From an uncultured Planktomarina sp. (GTDB lineage: Bacteria; Pseudomonadota; Alphaproteobacteria; Puniceispirillales; Marisalimonadaceae): 64,000 nucleotides of DNA. Shown piece by piece: positions 1 to 10,804 of this stretch. Below the pieces are notes generated by a model. The model ran no database searches, was not told the DNA's origin, and saw nothing but the letters and a program-made list of their open reading frames with translations. The translations under genes were made by a program, and so were the position numbers. Position 1 is the stretch's first letter; the number at the start of each line of letters is the position of its first letter. Location: positions 7,721-71,720 of the forward strand of contig CAJIZD010000005.1 of assembly GCA_905181795.1 (NCBI GenBank), in the 5' to 3' direction.

Positions 1-117
1 GTTACTTTCTTTTAGAATATCATTAAATATTATTGGTTTGGCATGATCTGATATAATTTGTAAGACATCAATACCTCTTGAAAAGCTCTGTGTTCCCTTT
101 ACTTGCTGAATTGTCAT
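1..117 (-). CDS. IclR-family transcriptional regulator, N-terminal part (runs off window)
   Basis: Manual minus-strand translation from the ATG at 117 gives MTIQQVKGTQSFSRGIDVLQIISDHAKPIIFNDILKESN, which fits an IclR HTH N-terminus (QS..RG..VL..I). Divergent from the SDR operon. Not in the ORF track. Confidence 0.7.
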   Translation of the reverse strand, partial: MTIQQVKGTQSFSRGIDVLQIISDHAKPIIFNDILKESN

Positions 118-254
118 TTTGGATACCTATAATATTTGAATTATTATTGTATATGATGAATTAGTTTTTGATAAGTACTTGACTATTTATTTAGTCTTTA
201 TATATTATCACATATTAGATTAATGTCCACAATATGATAATAATTGGAATATAA

Positions 255-955
255 ATGAATAACTTAAAATTAAAGGCGCTTATAACTGGTGGTACAAGTG
301 GCTTGGGTAAAAGTATTGCTGAGGGATTTGCTGATGCGGGATATAAAGTAATAGCTACTGGAGTTGGACAAATTCCAAAAGATAAAAGTAATATAGAGTT
401 TTGTTCTCTTGATGTACTTGATGAAGGATCCATTAAAAAAAAATAGAAAAAATTGATTATATAAATGTTTTAATTAATGCAGCAGGTACAATCGCAAGAC
501 ATAAAGAACTTCAACCACGTGTTTTTTCACAAGTTGTAGACGTTAACTTAAATGGTACAATGCGAGTATGTTCTGAGGCCCGTGGTCTATTATCTAAATC
601 AAAAGGTTCAATTATCAATATTGCTTCAATGTTAAGTTATTTTGGTGGGGGAGTGGTGCCTGGCTACTCTGCATCCAAGGGAGGAATTGTTCAGTTAACA
701 AAATCACTGTCAATTGCATACTCGCAAGATCAAATTCGTGTAAATGCCATTGCTCCTGGTTGGATTTCAACACCAATGACAGAAGAATTGAAATTGGATG
801 CAAAACGAAATGAAAATATAATAAATCGAACGCCAATGGGAAGATGGGGAGAACCAAAAGAATTGGTTGGACCAGCATTGTTTTTAAGTAGTAAAGCAGC
901 ATCATTTATAACTGGTACAGTACTAAATGTAGATGGTGGATATGCTTGTATGTAA
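255..955 (+). CDS. SDR-family oxidoreductase (KduD/FabG-like), split by a probable sequencing frameshift
   Basis: TGGTSGLG Rossmann motif, NAAG, YSASK catalytic motif, VNAIAPG. ORFs 255..446 and 560..955 join if one A is added to the A9 run at 435-443. Confidence 0.85.
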
Positions 956-988
956 AAATAAAATAGAACAATTTAAGGAAATAAAAAA

Positions 989-1516
989 ATGATTTCGACA
1001 CAAGATAGCCAAAACGCTAATATACCCTACCAATTACCAATGCCTCAAAATGCTTTGCCAGAAATAGTTATTCCTTCGGCAATTCCTGAGGACGATACTT
1101 TGTGGGTTAAACAAGCAGAAAACGTCTACTTCCGGCCACTTTGTCTAAACGCTTCTCAAGGCTATTGGATGAACCTATTGAAAGTTACAAAGTCAGGAGT
1201 ACTATCTCGTCATCGACATCCTAATGCGGTCCACGGATTTGTTTTAAAAGGTAGATGGCATTATTTAGAACATGATTGGGAAGCAAAAGAGGGAAGTTAT
1301 GTGTATGAACCTCCAGGTGAAACACATACTTTAGTGGTGCCTGAAGATGTCGAAGAAATGATTACTTTTTTTCAAGTTAACGGAATAATGTCCTATGTCG
1401 ATCCATGGGGTAAGTTACTCGGTTATGAAGATGTTTTTACTAAAATAGATTTATGTAGAAAGCATTTTATAAACATAGGTCTTGGTGAAAATTACGTAGA
1501 TCAATTCATACGTTAA
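989..1516 (+). CDS. 2,4'-dihydroxyacetophenone dioxygenase-like cupin
   Basis: Cupin motifs HRHPNAVHGFVLKGRWHYLEHDW and YEPPGETH, typical of the DAD family. Confidence 0.75.
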   Translation: MISTQDSQNANIPYQLPMPQNALPEIVIPSAIPEDDTLWVKQAENVYFRPLCLNASQGYWMNLLKVTKSGVLSRHRHPNAVHGFVLKGRWHYLEHDWEAKEGSYVYEPPGETHTLVVPEDVEEMITFFQVNGIMSYVDPWGKLLGYEDVFTKIDLCRKHFINIGLGENYVDQFIR

Positions 1517-1565
1517 TGATATGATAATAGTATAATTATAATCCAAAACATAATAGGGGATAAAG

Positions 1566-2693
1566 TTGTCTGATAAAAGTAGAGATTCTGAAATTCGTGT
1601 TAAAGTTAAAGATGCAATAGAGCTTATTACTGAAATATTTCAGGCTAAAGCGTGTAGCGATGACGAAGCTAAGACTATTGCGGAAAGACTTTGTGGCTCC
1701 AACTTAAAGGGTCATGATAGCCACGGGATAGTTAGAGTGCCTAGGTATGTAGAGTGGATGGAAAGAGACTGGGTTTTTCCAAATATTGAATCAGAATTAG
1801 TAATTGATGCAGGTGCATTAGCTTGCTTGGACGCCAAGCAAGGGTTTGGCCAAGTTGCGGGAGAACGAGCTGTTGACGAAGGAATTTCTAGAGCTAAGAA
1901 ACATGGTGTTTCTGTAGTAGGACTAAAAAATTCAGGTCACCTTGGTAGAATTGGAGACTGGGCAGAAAGAGCAGCGGACGCTGGGTTTGTATCTTTTCAT
2001 TTTGTAAATGTAAGAGGAAGTCTTTTGGTAGCTCCTTTTGGTGGAACAGATCGTCGTGGAAGCACTTCACCTTTAGCCATTGGAATTCCATCAAAGGGTA
2101 AAGAGCATATAATACTAGACATGGCTACCTCTACTGTTGCTGAAGGTAAAGTAATGGTTGCTCAAAAGGGAGGTAAGCCTCTACCTCAAGGAGCGTTAAT
2201 TGATAGCTCAGGAAACTTAACTATAAACCCAGAAGTAATGTATGGGAAAATAAGTGATGATGAAGTGCCTGACTCTGAAAATGGAAGTGGAGCTATAACA
2301 GCTTTTGGATTGCATAAAGGTTCAGGCATAAACTTTATGATGGAAATGCTTGGTGGAGCTTTAACTGGTTCAGGAGTATCTGCGGGAATAGATGATAAAG
2401 AAAAAAGGAAGTTTGCTAATGGAATGCTATCTATTTATATATCTGTAGAAAAGATGGTGGATCTTGATTATTTTTCAAAAGAAGTTCAGTCATATGCTGA
2501 TTTTGTAAGAGCCTCACCTGCATCTGATAAAAACGGAAAAGTTTTAATTCCAGGGGACAAAGAGATTATTACAAATAACGATAGATTAGCAAATGGGTTG
2601 CCTGTAGCACCTATAGTTTGGGAAAACATTAAACAAACTGCTCAAAAACTTGAAATCCCAAATCTTGAGAGATTTGAAAAAGCTATAGTTTAA
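1566..2693 (+). CDS. Ldh_2 family (malate/lactate/ureidoglycolate) dehydrogenase, YbiC-like
   Basis: GHDSHG, HLGRIGDWAE, LDMATS..AEGK and HKGSG motifs. Confidence 0.85.
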   Translation: MSDKSRDSEIRVKVKDAIELITEIFQAKACSDDEAKTIAERLCGSNLKGHDSHGIVRVPRYVEWMERDWVFPNIESELVIDAGALACLDAKQGFGQVAGERAVDEGISRAKKHGVSVVGLKNSGHLGRIGDWAERAADAGFVSFHFVNVRGSLLVAPFGGTDRRGSTSPLAIGIPSKGKEHIILDMATSTVAEGKVMVAQKGGKPLPQGALIDSSGNLTINPEVMYGKISDDEVPDSENGSGAITAFGLHKGSGINFMMEMLGGALTGSGVSAGIDDKEKRKFANGMLSIYISVEKMVDLDYFSKEVQSYADFVRASPASDKNGKVLIPGDKEIITNNDRLANGLPVAPIVWENIKQTAQKLEIPNLERFEKAIV

Positions 2694-2754
2694 TTTTCTT
2701 TACTAGGTTTAGTTAGATATCATAACGTTTTATTTGGCTATTCTAGTTAGGTGA

Positions 2755-4173
2755 ATGTTGATGCATCCTGAAAACACAAATTTCATTTACGTTAATCGTG
2801 AGATGCGAACTTTATCTAATATAGACTATGATATTACTTTGCTGGATTGGCTAAGAACAAACCTGAAATTAAAGGGAACCAAGGAAGGTTGCGCTGAAGG
2901 TGATTGTGGAGCATGCTCAGTTCTAGTTCATGATGGATCTAATTCTGAGGTAAGACCAATTAATTCTTGTTTAGTCAGAGTAGGTCAGGTTGTTGGAAAA
3001 GGGGTTATTACTGTTGAAGGTATAGGTAATGAAAAAAAACCTCATCCTCTGCAAACTTCTTTCATTAAAGAAAATGCATCACAATGTGGATATTGTACTC
3101 CTGGATTTATAATCTCTGGGATTTCATTATTAAATTCAAACAAAGATGTTGATGAAAATTCAATTAACGATGCTGTTTCAGGTAATTTATGTAGATGTAC
3201 AGGTTATTCTCCAATAGTAAAGGCGCTAAAATCTGTTGGTAATAATCATGAAGAAATAAAGCCTATACAATTCGTAGAACAAAATAATGATGTCCAATTA
3301 GGCCTTGTTTCCTATCATAATCCTATCAATTTAGATGAATTATTAAATTTAACAAATAAACCTAACTTTAGATATTTAGCTGGTGGTACAGATTTAAATT
3401 TGCAAAGACCTATAATTAATGAAGACCAAAACACTATTATCAACTTAAGCAATATAAAAGAATTAAAAAACATAGAAGTTCAGAATAATAAACTTCTTTT
3501 AGGTAGTGCTGTAACTATAGAAAATTTCTTAGTTACAATTAAGGATAGAATACCAGAATTAATCGAACTTCTGCAAAGATTTGGTTCACCACAAATACGT
3601 AATCAAGGTACTATTGGAGGTAATTTATGTACATCCAGTCCAATTGGAGATATAGCTCCTGTCTTTTTGGCTTTGAATGCAAAGTTAAATATTTTTGGAA
3701 GTAACGGAAGAAAAAAAGTAAATTTAAATGAATTTTACACAGGTTATAGAAAAAATATCTTAACTAAAGACGAGATTGTAAGTTCAATTGAAGTGCCTTT
3801 ACCAAAAAAGGATTACAATCTCTTTTGTTGGAAGTTATCAAAAAGATATGACCAAGATATTTCTACAATCTCTCTTACTGTTTATATCAAAATTAGAGAT
3901 CAAATTATCGATGACATCCATCTTGCAGCAGGAGGTATTGCTGAAACTCCAAAATATCTAGATAACCTTTGTAAAGATATGATAGGACAAAAACTAGATA
4001 AATCAATTTCGTTGGCTATCAATAATATTAAAAATTATATAAAGCCTATATCAGATATAAGAGGAACTGCAGATTATAGAATTGAGTCCTTTAGGGGGTT
4101 ATTTAGAAGGCTAGAAAAATGTTTGGTTGATGGTGTAAAGACAATGTCAATTATGGATTATAATAATGAATAA
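2755..4173 (+). CDS. xdhA: xanthine dehydrogenase small subunit (2Fe-2S/FAD)
   Basis: GTKEGCAEGDCGAC, SQCGYCTPG, GNLCRCTGY, AGGTDL and KLSKRYDQDIS motifs. Overlaps xdhB. Confidence 0.95.
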   Translation: MLMHPENTNFIYVNREMRTLSNIDYDITLLDWLRTNLKLKGTKEGCAEGDCGACSVLVHDGSNSEVRPINSCLVRVGQVVGKGVITVEGIGNEKKPHPLQTSFIKENASQCGYCTPGFIISGISLLNSNKDVDENSINDAVSGNLCRCTGYSPIVKALKSVGNNHEEIKPIQFVEQNNDVQLGLVSYHNPINLDELLNLTNKPNFRYLAGGTDLNLQRPIINEDQNTIINLSNIKELKNIEVQNNKLLLGSAVTIENFLVTIKDRIPELIELLQRFGSPQIRNQGTIGGNLCTSSPIGDIAPVFLALNAKLNIFGSNGRKKVNLNEFYTGYRKNILTKDEIVSSIEVPLPKKDYNLFCWKLSKRYDQDISTISLTVYIKIRDQIIDDIHLAAGGIAETPKYLDNLCKDMIGQKLDKSISLAINNIKNYIKPISDIRGTADYRIESFRGLFRRLEKCLVDGVKTMSIMDYNNE

Positions 4174-6448
4174 AGTTGCTTTTCATGACTCTTCCATCAG
4201 GCATACTACTGGTCAAGCAATTTATATTGATGATATGCCAGACCAAGAAAATTTGTTACATGGTGGGCTTGTTCTTTCTAAGTGCGCTTATGGAAAAATC
4301 AAAAAATTAGATTATTCTAAATTAGACAAATTACCTTATTCTACAAAAATTATTACAGCAAAAGATATTCCTGGTGAAAATGAAATAGGTCCCATTAAAA
4401 ACGGAGAACCAATTTTGGCTGATGACGTAATAACATATTACGGTCAACCAATTGCAATAATCTTAGCCAAAACTCACCAAGAGGCAATATATGCGAGTAA
4501 TTTAGTAGAAGTTGAAATAGAATTTATTGGAGAACCAATACTTACACTCGATGACGCTTATTCTAAAAGCTCATTTTTAGATGAACCAATTATTTTAGAA
4601 AAGGGTTTGCTAGACAATGAAATGGACCGTTCTAAATTCAAAATATCTGATTGTTTTGAAATTGGTGGTCAAGACCATTTTTACCTTGAAACACATGTAG
4701 CGTTGACTTTCCCAAGTGAAAATAATGAGTATACAGTTTGGTCAAGTACACAACATCCAACAGAAGTACAACATGGAGTTGGAAAAGTTTTAAACATTCC
4801 ATCTGCCAAAATTGATAGTAAAGTTAGGAGATTAGGTGGTGGTTTTGGAGGCAAAGAAAGTCAGGCTACAATATTTGCGGCAATGTCTGCCTTATGTGCG
4901 TTTGTTACTCAACAGCCAGTAAAAATCCGTCTTAATAGGCATCATGACATGACGGCATCTGGAAAAAGACATAACTTTAAAATATATTTTACAGCCGGTT
5001 TTTCTAGCAAGGGAAAGATAAATGCTCTGGATTTAAGGTTATTAAGTAATGGTGGAAATGTTTTGGATCTCTCGGGTCCTGTTATGACAAGAGCTTTAAC
5101 CCATTTAGATAATTGTTATTTTATAAAATCAATAAAAGCTGTTGGTTATATCTGTAAGACTAATACAGTTTCAAATACTGCCTTCAGAGGATTTGGCGGT
5201 CCACAGGGTATGCTAGCAATTGAAAATATTATTTATTTTGTAGCTCAATTTTTAAAAAAGCCATTAGACGAAATTAGGGATATTAACTTTTATTCAAAAT
5301 CAAACGGTCTTACTACACCTTATGGTCAGGTTGTATCAAAACCAAGAATTGAAAGAGTTATAAAAGAGATATATGGATTTAGTGATTATCATAAAAGGGT
5401 AGAAACAGTAAAAGTTTTTAATTTAGATCAAGAGAAAAATAAATTACCCTTTAGAAAAGGGCTTGCCCTAATGCCTGCAAAATTTGGAATATCATTCAAT
5501 AAACCGTCATTTAATCAAGCAGGAGCTTTAGTTCATGTATATTCTGATGGATCAGTGAGATTAAATCACGGAGGCACAGAAATGGGTCAGGGGTTGTTTA
5601 TTAAAGTAGCCCAAGTTGTTGCAGAATGTTTCAAAATTCCTTTAGAACAAATACATATTACTTCTACTAATACTGCAGAGGTTCCAAATACTTCTGCAAC
5701 TGCAGCTTCATCTGGTTCAGATTTAAATGGAATGGCAGCTTGGGATGCTGCGTCTAAAATAAAAAATAGAATGATTAATCATGTCTCTCAATTATTTCAA
5801 AAACAAAAGTCAGAAATAGCTTTTGAAAATGGTAGAATAATAGCAGGTAATAAAAGTCTGTTATTTTCAGAATTAGCACACTCATGTTGGGAAAACAGAA
5901 TATCACTATCATCTACAGGCTTTTACAAAACCCCCAAAATACATTGGGATCAAGGTAAATTAAAAGGTCATCCTTATTTTTATTTTACTTGGGGTGCAGC
6001 CGTATCAGAAGCTTTAATAGATATTAATACAGGTGAAAGTAGAATACTTCAGGCAGATATTATTCAAGATTGTGGTAATTCTCTTAATGAAAGTATTGAT
6101 ATAGGTCAAATTGAAGGTGGTTTTATTCAAGGACTAGGGTGGTTAACATGTGAGGAACTTCATTTCTCTAAAGATGGAAAGTTATTAACTACGGGGCCTT
6201 CAACTTATAAGTTACCAGGTAGTAGAGATGCTCCTCCAAAGTTTAAAGTTAAATTACTTGAAAATGCTGATAATGATGAGAAAACTATTTTTAGATCTAA
6301 AGCTGTTGGAGAACCGCCTCTATTGTTAGCTATTTCACATTTTTTGGCTATTAAGGATGCTATTAAAGCAGCTAATCCATTATCAAGACCAGAAAAATTA
6401 AATTCACCTGCTACTCCCTCTGAGATTTTAAAGGTTATTAAGGCTTAA
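4166..6448 (+). CDS. xdhB: xanthine dehydrogenase molybdopterin-binding subunit
   Basis: QDHFYLE, GGGFGGKES, AFRGFGGPQG and SKAVGEPP active-site motifs. Confidence 0.95.
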   Translation: MNKVAFHDSSIRHTTGQAIYIDDMPDQENLLHGGLVLSKCAYGKIKKLDYSKLDKLPYSTKIITAKDIPGENEIGPIKNGEPILADDVITYYGQPIAIILAKTHQEAIYASNLVEVEIEFIGEPILTLDDAYSKSSFLDEPIILEKGLLDNEMDRSKFKISDCFEIGGQDHFYLETHVALTFPSENNEYTVWSSTQHPTEVQHGVGKVLNIPSAKIDSKVRRLGGGFGGKESQATIFAAMSALCAFVTQQPVKIRLNRHHDMTASGKRHNFKIYFTAGFSSKGKINALDLRLLSNGGNVLDLSGPVMTRALTHLDNCYFIKSIKAVGYICKTNTVSNTAFRGFGGPQGMLAIENIIYFVAQFLKKPLDEIRDINFYSKSNGLTTPYGQVVSKPRIERVIKEIYGFSDYHKRVETVKVFNLDQEKNKLPFRKGLALMPAKFGISFNKPSFNQAGALVHVYSDGSVRLNHGGTEMGQGLFIKVAQVVAECFKIPLEQIHITSTNTAEVPNTSATAASSGSDLNGMAAWDAASKIKNRMINHVSQLFQKQKSEIAFENGRIIAGNKSLLFSELAHSCWENRISLSSTGFYKTPKIHWDQGKLKGHPYFYFTWGAAVSEALIDINTGESRILQADIIQDCGNSLNESIDIGQIEGGFIQGLGWLTCEELHFSKDGKLLTTGPSTYKLPGSRDAPPKFKVKLLENADNDEKTIFRSKAVGEPPLLLAISHFLAIKDAIKAANPLSRPEKLNSPATPSEILKVIKA

Positions 6449-6529
6449 CAAGTTAAATAACTTTAATTTGTTTTTATCTATATATTGTGATTTGGTAATT
6501 ATGTTTAACAACATTTAGGGGAGGTAACT

Positions 6530-7858
6530 ATGAGTGCCTTAGAAAACATTTCACAAGAAGACTTAAAAAATCCTGATTATGTTCCACCTTTACAGGTTGG
6601 TCTAATTCTTGGATTACAACATGTTCTAGCAATGTTTGTTAGTAACGTAACACCTTCTATAATTATTGCAGGTGTTGCTGGTTTTGCCTTTGGAAGTGCT
6701 GACACAGTATTTTTAATACAAATGTCTATGTTATTCGCTGGAATTGCTACTTTAATGCAAACAATTGGTTTTGGTCCAGTAGGGGCTAGGCTACCGGTTA
6801 TGCAAGGTACTAGTTTTGCTTTTGTGCCAGTCATGATTGGAGCTGCTAAAATGGGTATGGGAACGCTTTTCGGTGGAATAGTCATTGGAGGTTTGTTTCA
6901 TGCTTTTATGGGATTATTCATAGGTAAAATTCGTCATTGGTTCCCTCCATTAGTTTCTGGAATTATTATTTTAGCAATTGGTATATATTTGATTCCTGTT
7001 GGGATTCAGTATGCTGCTGGTGGTGCTGGTGATTTTAATATGTCAAAACCGACTTGGGGAGGTTTGGGCAATTGGAGCCTTGCAATAATTGTTATATTAG
7101 TATCTTTTGGATTAAAATTTTGGACAAAAGGAATTATTTCAAGCTCATCAGTATTATTAGGAATGATTGTGGCTTATGTTATTGCTATTTTTATGGGAGA
7201 CGTAAACTTTTCTGGTGTAAGTAAAGCTGCATGGTTTGCCTTACCAGAGCCATTTAAATATGGTTTTGATATTAACTTAACTGTGATAATAGCTATGTGT
7301 CTTATGTCTATTGTTAGTGCAATTGAAACAGTTGGAGATATCTCAGGTATAGCCAAAGGTGGAGCCAATCGAGAAGCTACGGATAAAGAGCTTCAGGGTG
7401 GAACCTATGCAGATGGAATAGGTACTGCAATTGCTGGAATTTTTGGTGGCTTGCCAAATACGAGTTTTAGCCAAAACGTTGGTCTGATTTCTATGACTGG
7501 CGTAATGAGCAGGTCTGTTGTTACTATAGCAGCTATTTTTTTAATACTTTGTGGTCTCGTTCCTAAAATAGGCGCACTAGTTTCTTCTATGCCGATAGCC
7601 GTGCTAGGAGGAGGAGTTATTGTCATGTTTGGTATGGTTGCATCTGCAGGTATAAACATGCTTAGTAGTGTAAATTGGAATAGAAGAAATATGATGATAT
7701 TTGCTATTTCTTTATCTATAGGTTTTGGTTTACAAAAAGTTCCTGCTTCTGTTCAAGGATTAGGAGGGGATCTTCAAATGCTGATGACATCTGGTCTATT
7801 GCCGGCTGCTTTCTTAGCTGTTTTGTTAAATATTATTTTACCAGAAGAAGATAAATAA
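6530..7858 (+). CDS. NCS2/NAT-family xanthine/uric acid permease
   Basis: LQHVLAMF and NAT signature SFSQNVGLISMTGVMSR. Strong SD (GGGGAGG). Confidence 0.92.
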   Translation: MSALENISQEDLKNPDYVPPLQVGLILGLQHVLAMFVSNVTPSIIIAGVAGFAFGSADTVFLIQMSMLFAGIATLMQTIGFGPVGARLPVMQGTSFAFVPVMIGAAKMGMGTLFGGIVIGGLFHAFMGLFIGKIRHWFPPLVSGIIILAIGIYLIPVGIQYAAGGAGDFNMSKPTWGGLGNWSLAIIVILVSFGLKFWTKGIISSSSVLLGMIVAYVIAIFMGDVNFSGVSKAAWFALPEPFKYGFDINLTVIIAMCLMSIVSAIETVGDISGIAKGGANREATDKELQGGTYADGIGTAIAGIFGGLPNTSFSQNVGLISMTGVMSRSVVTIAAIFLILCGLVPKIGALVSSMPIAVLGGGVIVMFGMVASAGINMLSSVNWNRRNMMIFAISLSIGFGLQKVPASVQGLGGDLQMLMTSGLLPAAFLAVLLNIILPEEDK

Positions 7859-7888
7859 TAATTTTTAAAATTATACTAATACTGTTAC

Positions 7889-7924
7889 ATTACACCGCTA
7901 AACTAAAAGCGGTGTAATTTTTTT
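7889..7924 (+). terminator. intrinsic terminator-like hairpin after the permease
   Basis: 11-bp stem ATTACACCGCT/AGCGGTGTAAT followed by a T run. Confidence 0.65.
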
Positions 7925-7925
7925 A

Positions 7926-9278
7926 ATGTCTAATATTCTAATAAAAAATGCAAAAATTATTGCAACGATGGATGACAATCAAAATGAAATTGTTAATCAA
8001 TCTATTTACTGTGAAAATGGAAAAATTATTGAAATTGGTCAATGTGAAAACGCCAATTATGACACCAGGAGCGCAATAGATGCGTCTGAAATGGTTGTAA
8101 TACCAGGGTTGATTAATACACATCATCATTTATTTCAAAATTTAACTCGTTGCTATACAAATGCTCAAAATGAATCATTATTTGGTTGGTTAACAAGTTT
8201 ATATCCAATTTGGAATAAAATAATCCCGTCTGATATCTATATTTCATCACTAATTGGTTTGTCAGAAATGGTAATGAGTGGATGTACAACTTCTAGTGAT
8301 CATCTATATCTTTTTCCTAATGGTTCAAAACTTGAAGATCAAATTGAAGCGGCTAAACTTGTTGGTTGCAGGTTTCATGCAACCAGAGGTTCAATGAGTA
8401 TAGGAGTTAGTAAGGGAGGTTTGCCACCTGACACTTTAGTAGAAGAAGAAAACTTTATATTAAAGGATTGTCAAAGAGTTATTGAAACGTTTCATGATGA
8501 TGCTGATTTATCCATGTTAAAGATAGCTTTAGCACCATGCTCACCATTTAGTGTAAGTCAAAATTTAATGAAAGAAACAGCAATTTTAGCTAGAGACTTT
8601 TCTGTAGGTATGCATACCCATTTGGCAGAAAATAAAGAAGACATTATTTATACTGAGGAAAATTTTGGTATGCGGCCCGGTCAGTATATTGAAGAATTAG
8701 GATGGTTAGGTAATGATGTTTGGCATGCTCATTGTGTTCAATTAGATGAAAATGAAGTAAGTTTATTTGCAAAAACAGGTACGGGAATAGCTCATTGTCC
8801 TTGTTCAAATATGCGTTTAGCAAGTGGTATTGCTCCTTTGAGAAATTGGCTTGATGCAGGCGTTAATGTTGGATTAGGTGTTGATGGATCAAGTTCTAAT
8901 GATAGTGGACATTTATTAAGTGAAGCTCGTCAAGCTATGCTCTTACAAAGAGTTAATCTAGGAGCAGACAAATTTTCAGCTCGAGAAGCACTATATACTG
9001 CGACAAGAGGTGGAGCTAAAGTTCTTAACAGAAACGACATAGGACAAATTGCCGTTGGTAAGGCTGCAGATTTTGCCGTTTATGATCTTAATCAAATTTC
9101 ATTGTCTGGAACTTGGAGTGATCCATTGGCTGGTTTAGTGTTTTGTTCACCTATGCATACAGCTTACACAATATGTAATGGGAGAGTGATTTCTGAGTCA
9201 GGTAATATGAGTAACTTTGATCTTGGTGTTTCACTTGATGAACACAAATCTGCGTCAAAGAGATTGCTAGATTTATAA
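7926..9278 (+). CDS. 8-oxoguanine deaminase (amidohydrolase family)
   Basis: INTHHHLFQNLTR, SSDHLYLFP, RFHATRGSMS, APCSPFSV, HCPCSNMRLASG and GVDGSSSND motifs, in a purine-catabolism context. Confidence 0.85.
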   Translation: MSNILIKNAKIIATMDDNQNEIVNQSIYCENGKIIEIGQCENANYDTRSAIDASEMVVIPGLINTHHHLFQNLTRCYTNAQNESLFGWLTSLYPIWNKIIPSDIYISSLIGLSEMVMSGCTTSSDHLYLFPNGSKLEDQIEAAKLVGCRFHATRGSMSIGVSKGGLPPDTLVEEENFILKDCQRVIETFHDDADLSMLKIALAPCSPFSVSQNLMKETAILARDFSVGMHTHLAENKEDIIYTEENFGMRPGQYIEELGWLGNDVWHAHCVQLDENEVSLFAKTGTGIAHCPCSNMRLASGIAPLRNWLDAGVNVGLGVDGSSSNDSGHLLSEARQAMLLQRVNLGADKFSAREALYTATRGGAKVLNRNDIGQIAVGKAADFAVYDLNQISLSGTWSDPLAGLVFCSPMHTAYTICNGRVISESGNMSNFDLGVSLDEHKSASKRLLDL

Positions 9279-9281
9279 ATA

Positions 9282-9797
9282 TTAAAAGATTAAATGTCTT
9301 ACTTCATTTTCTTTGAAATGATATTCTATTAAATTAACAGAAGAATTTTCATTTTTTTTAATTCTATCAACAATCCAAAAATCTTGTTTTTCTCTAACTA
9401 ACAAAGGGTGATGCCAAACATTCCTATTGTAAGTTATGCCAACGTCACCTTTTATGTGAAAACACCTTATAGTATCTAAATCTGGCATATTATTTTTGTC
9501 CTTGGACACAACTATTAACCAATCTATATTTTGAATAGGTAAGAAGCTTTGAGAAGCTATAGGGTGTTTTTCCATTATTTTTATTTCAATAGGTAAATTT
9601 CTTGGGGACCCTGAAAATATTGAAATTGCTGGAACTCCACCTTCATTGTTCAATTCTAAATCTGAAATATTATGATGACGAATTGTGGTACCTTGATTTA
9701 TAGAAATTTTTTCAGAAGTTGACTCTTTATTTATTACATGTCCAAATTCACTGAAGTTATCTAAGTCTATATTTTCAATTTCAATTTTATTTATCAT
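9282..9797 (-). CDS. allA: ureidoglycolate lyase
   Basis: INQGTT.RH, MEKHP..SQSFLP and YNRNVWHHPL motifs. Downstream of alc. Confidence 0.9.
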   Translation of the reverse strand: MINKIEIENIDLDNFSEFGHVINKESTSEKISINQGTTIRHHNISDLELNNEGGVPAISIFSGSPRNLPIEIKIMEKHPIASQSFLPIQNIDWLIVVSKDKNNMPDLDTIRCFHIKGDVGITYNRNVWHHPLLVREKQDFWIVDRIKKNENSSVNLIEYHFKENEVRHLIF

Positions 9798-10791
9798 CTA
9801 ACTTTTTTCCAAATATTCTAAGTCTAGAAACACCACCATCTGGGTAGATATTTAATCTAATGTGTGTGGCCTCAGCTTTTGAATTTGAATTAATTTCATA
9901 CTCATGGATATTGTCGGCAGTTAACTTGGTTTCATCTAGTATAACATCCCAATTTTCTGAACCTTGAATAAGGTCTTTTGTTGTTATGTTCTTATCAATA
10001 GATATTGCTTGAATTGATGCTCGGTCAGGATAGTTTCCTTTAAAATGAGCTGTATCAATTTCAATTTTTTCAATGTTACCTTTATGTGCTAATTTAATAA
10101 TGATCCAGTCATTACCTGGCTCACGTCGTCTTCTAGTTTCCCAGCCATCACCCATAGTCTGTCCTCTTCCTTCAGAAAGAAGTGCAGAGACATCTCCGTA
10201 ATGAGCATTGTTATAAGCTAAAATAGAGCCACCTAGTTTTAACGAAGATATTTCTATTATTTCTTCATTATTAAACTCATCCCAATTATATTTTACCTCT
10301 CCAAACAATCTAATACGTGCAACGCCGCCGTCAGGAAATATTTGTAACCTAACGAAATTAAATTTTTCTTTTAAATTTAATTCAAAATTATTCTTACAAT
10401 CCCCAACTAGGTTAGTTTTAGCTATTAAAGATTTCCAATTAGAATCTTTATTCGGTTCAGTCTCGCTATATATTCCTTCTAAAGAAAAAAAAGGAGGAAA
10501 GTTTCCAGTAAAATAGCTCGTGTCTATCTCTATTTTAGATATAATGCCTGCTGAACCAAGCTTTAAAATTGCCCAATCATTTCCACCATCTCTTCGTCTT
10601 TTGCTTTCCCATCCATCCATCCATTTACCATGATTATCATATTTATCTTCGATAAAAATAGGATCTTTATCGTTTAACATTCTTGTTACTTCACCAAAAA
10701 AATCATCAGAAAAAGCCAATATTTTGGTACCCATTTTAGGTGAAGCTAGATTAACTAAACCTTGCATTGAATTATTTGTAGTCATGATCAT
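9787..10791 (-). CDS. alc: allantoicase
   Basis: Two allantoicase repeats (DGWESKRRR / DGWETRRRR, DT..F.GN.P, PDGGV.R). Confidence 0.95.
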   Translation of the reverse strand: MIMTTNNSMQGLVNLASPKMGTKILAFSDDFFGEVTRMLNDKDPIFIEDKYDNHGKWMDGWESKRRRDGGNDWAILKLGSAGIISKIEIDTSYFTGNFPPFFSLEGIYSETEPNKDSNWKSLIAKTNLVGDCKNNFELNLKEKFNFVRLQIFPDGGVARIRLFGEVKYNWDEFNNEEIIEISSLKLGGSILAYNNAHYGDVSALLSEGRGQTMGDGWETRRRREPGNDWIIIKLAHKGNIEKIEIDTAHFKGNYPDRASIQAISIDKNITTKDLIQGSENWDVILDETKLTADNIHEYEINSNSKAEATHIRLNIYPDGGVSRLRIFGKKLDDK

Positions 10792-10804
10792 TAATCCTAA
10801 TTAT

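Noticed and set aside
2755-6448. Missing xdhC as a novelty
   Set aside because: It may simply lie elsewhere in the genome, which cannot be judged from one window.
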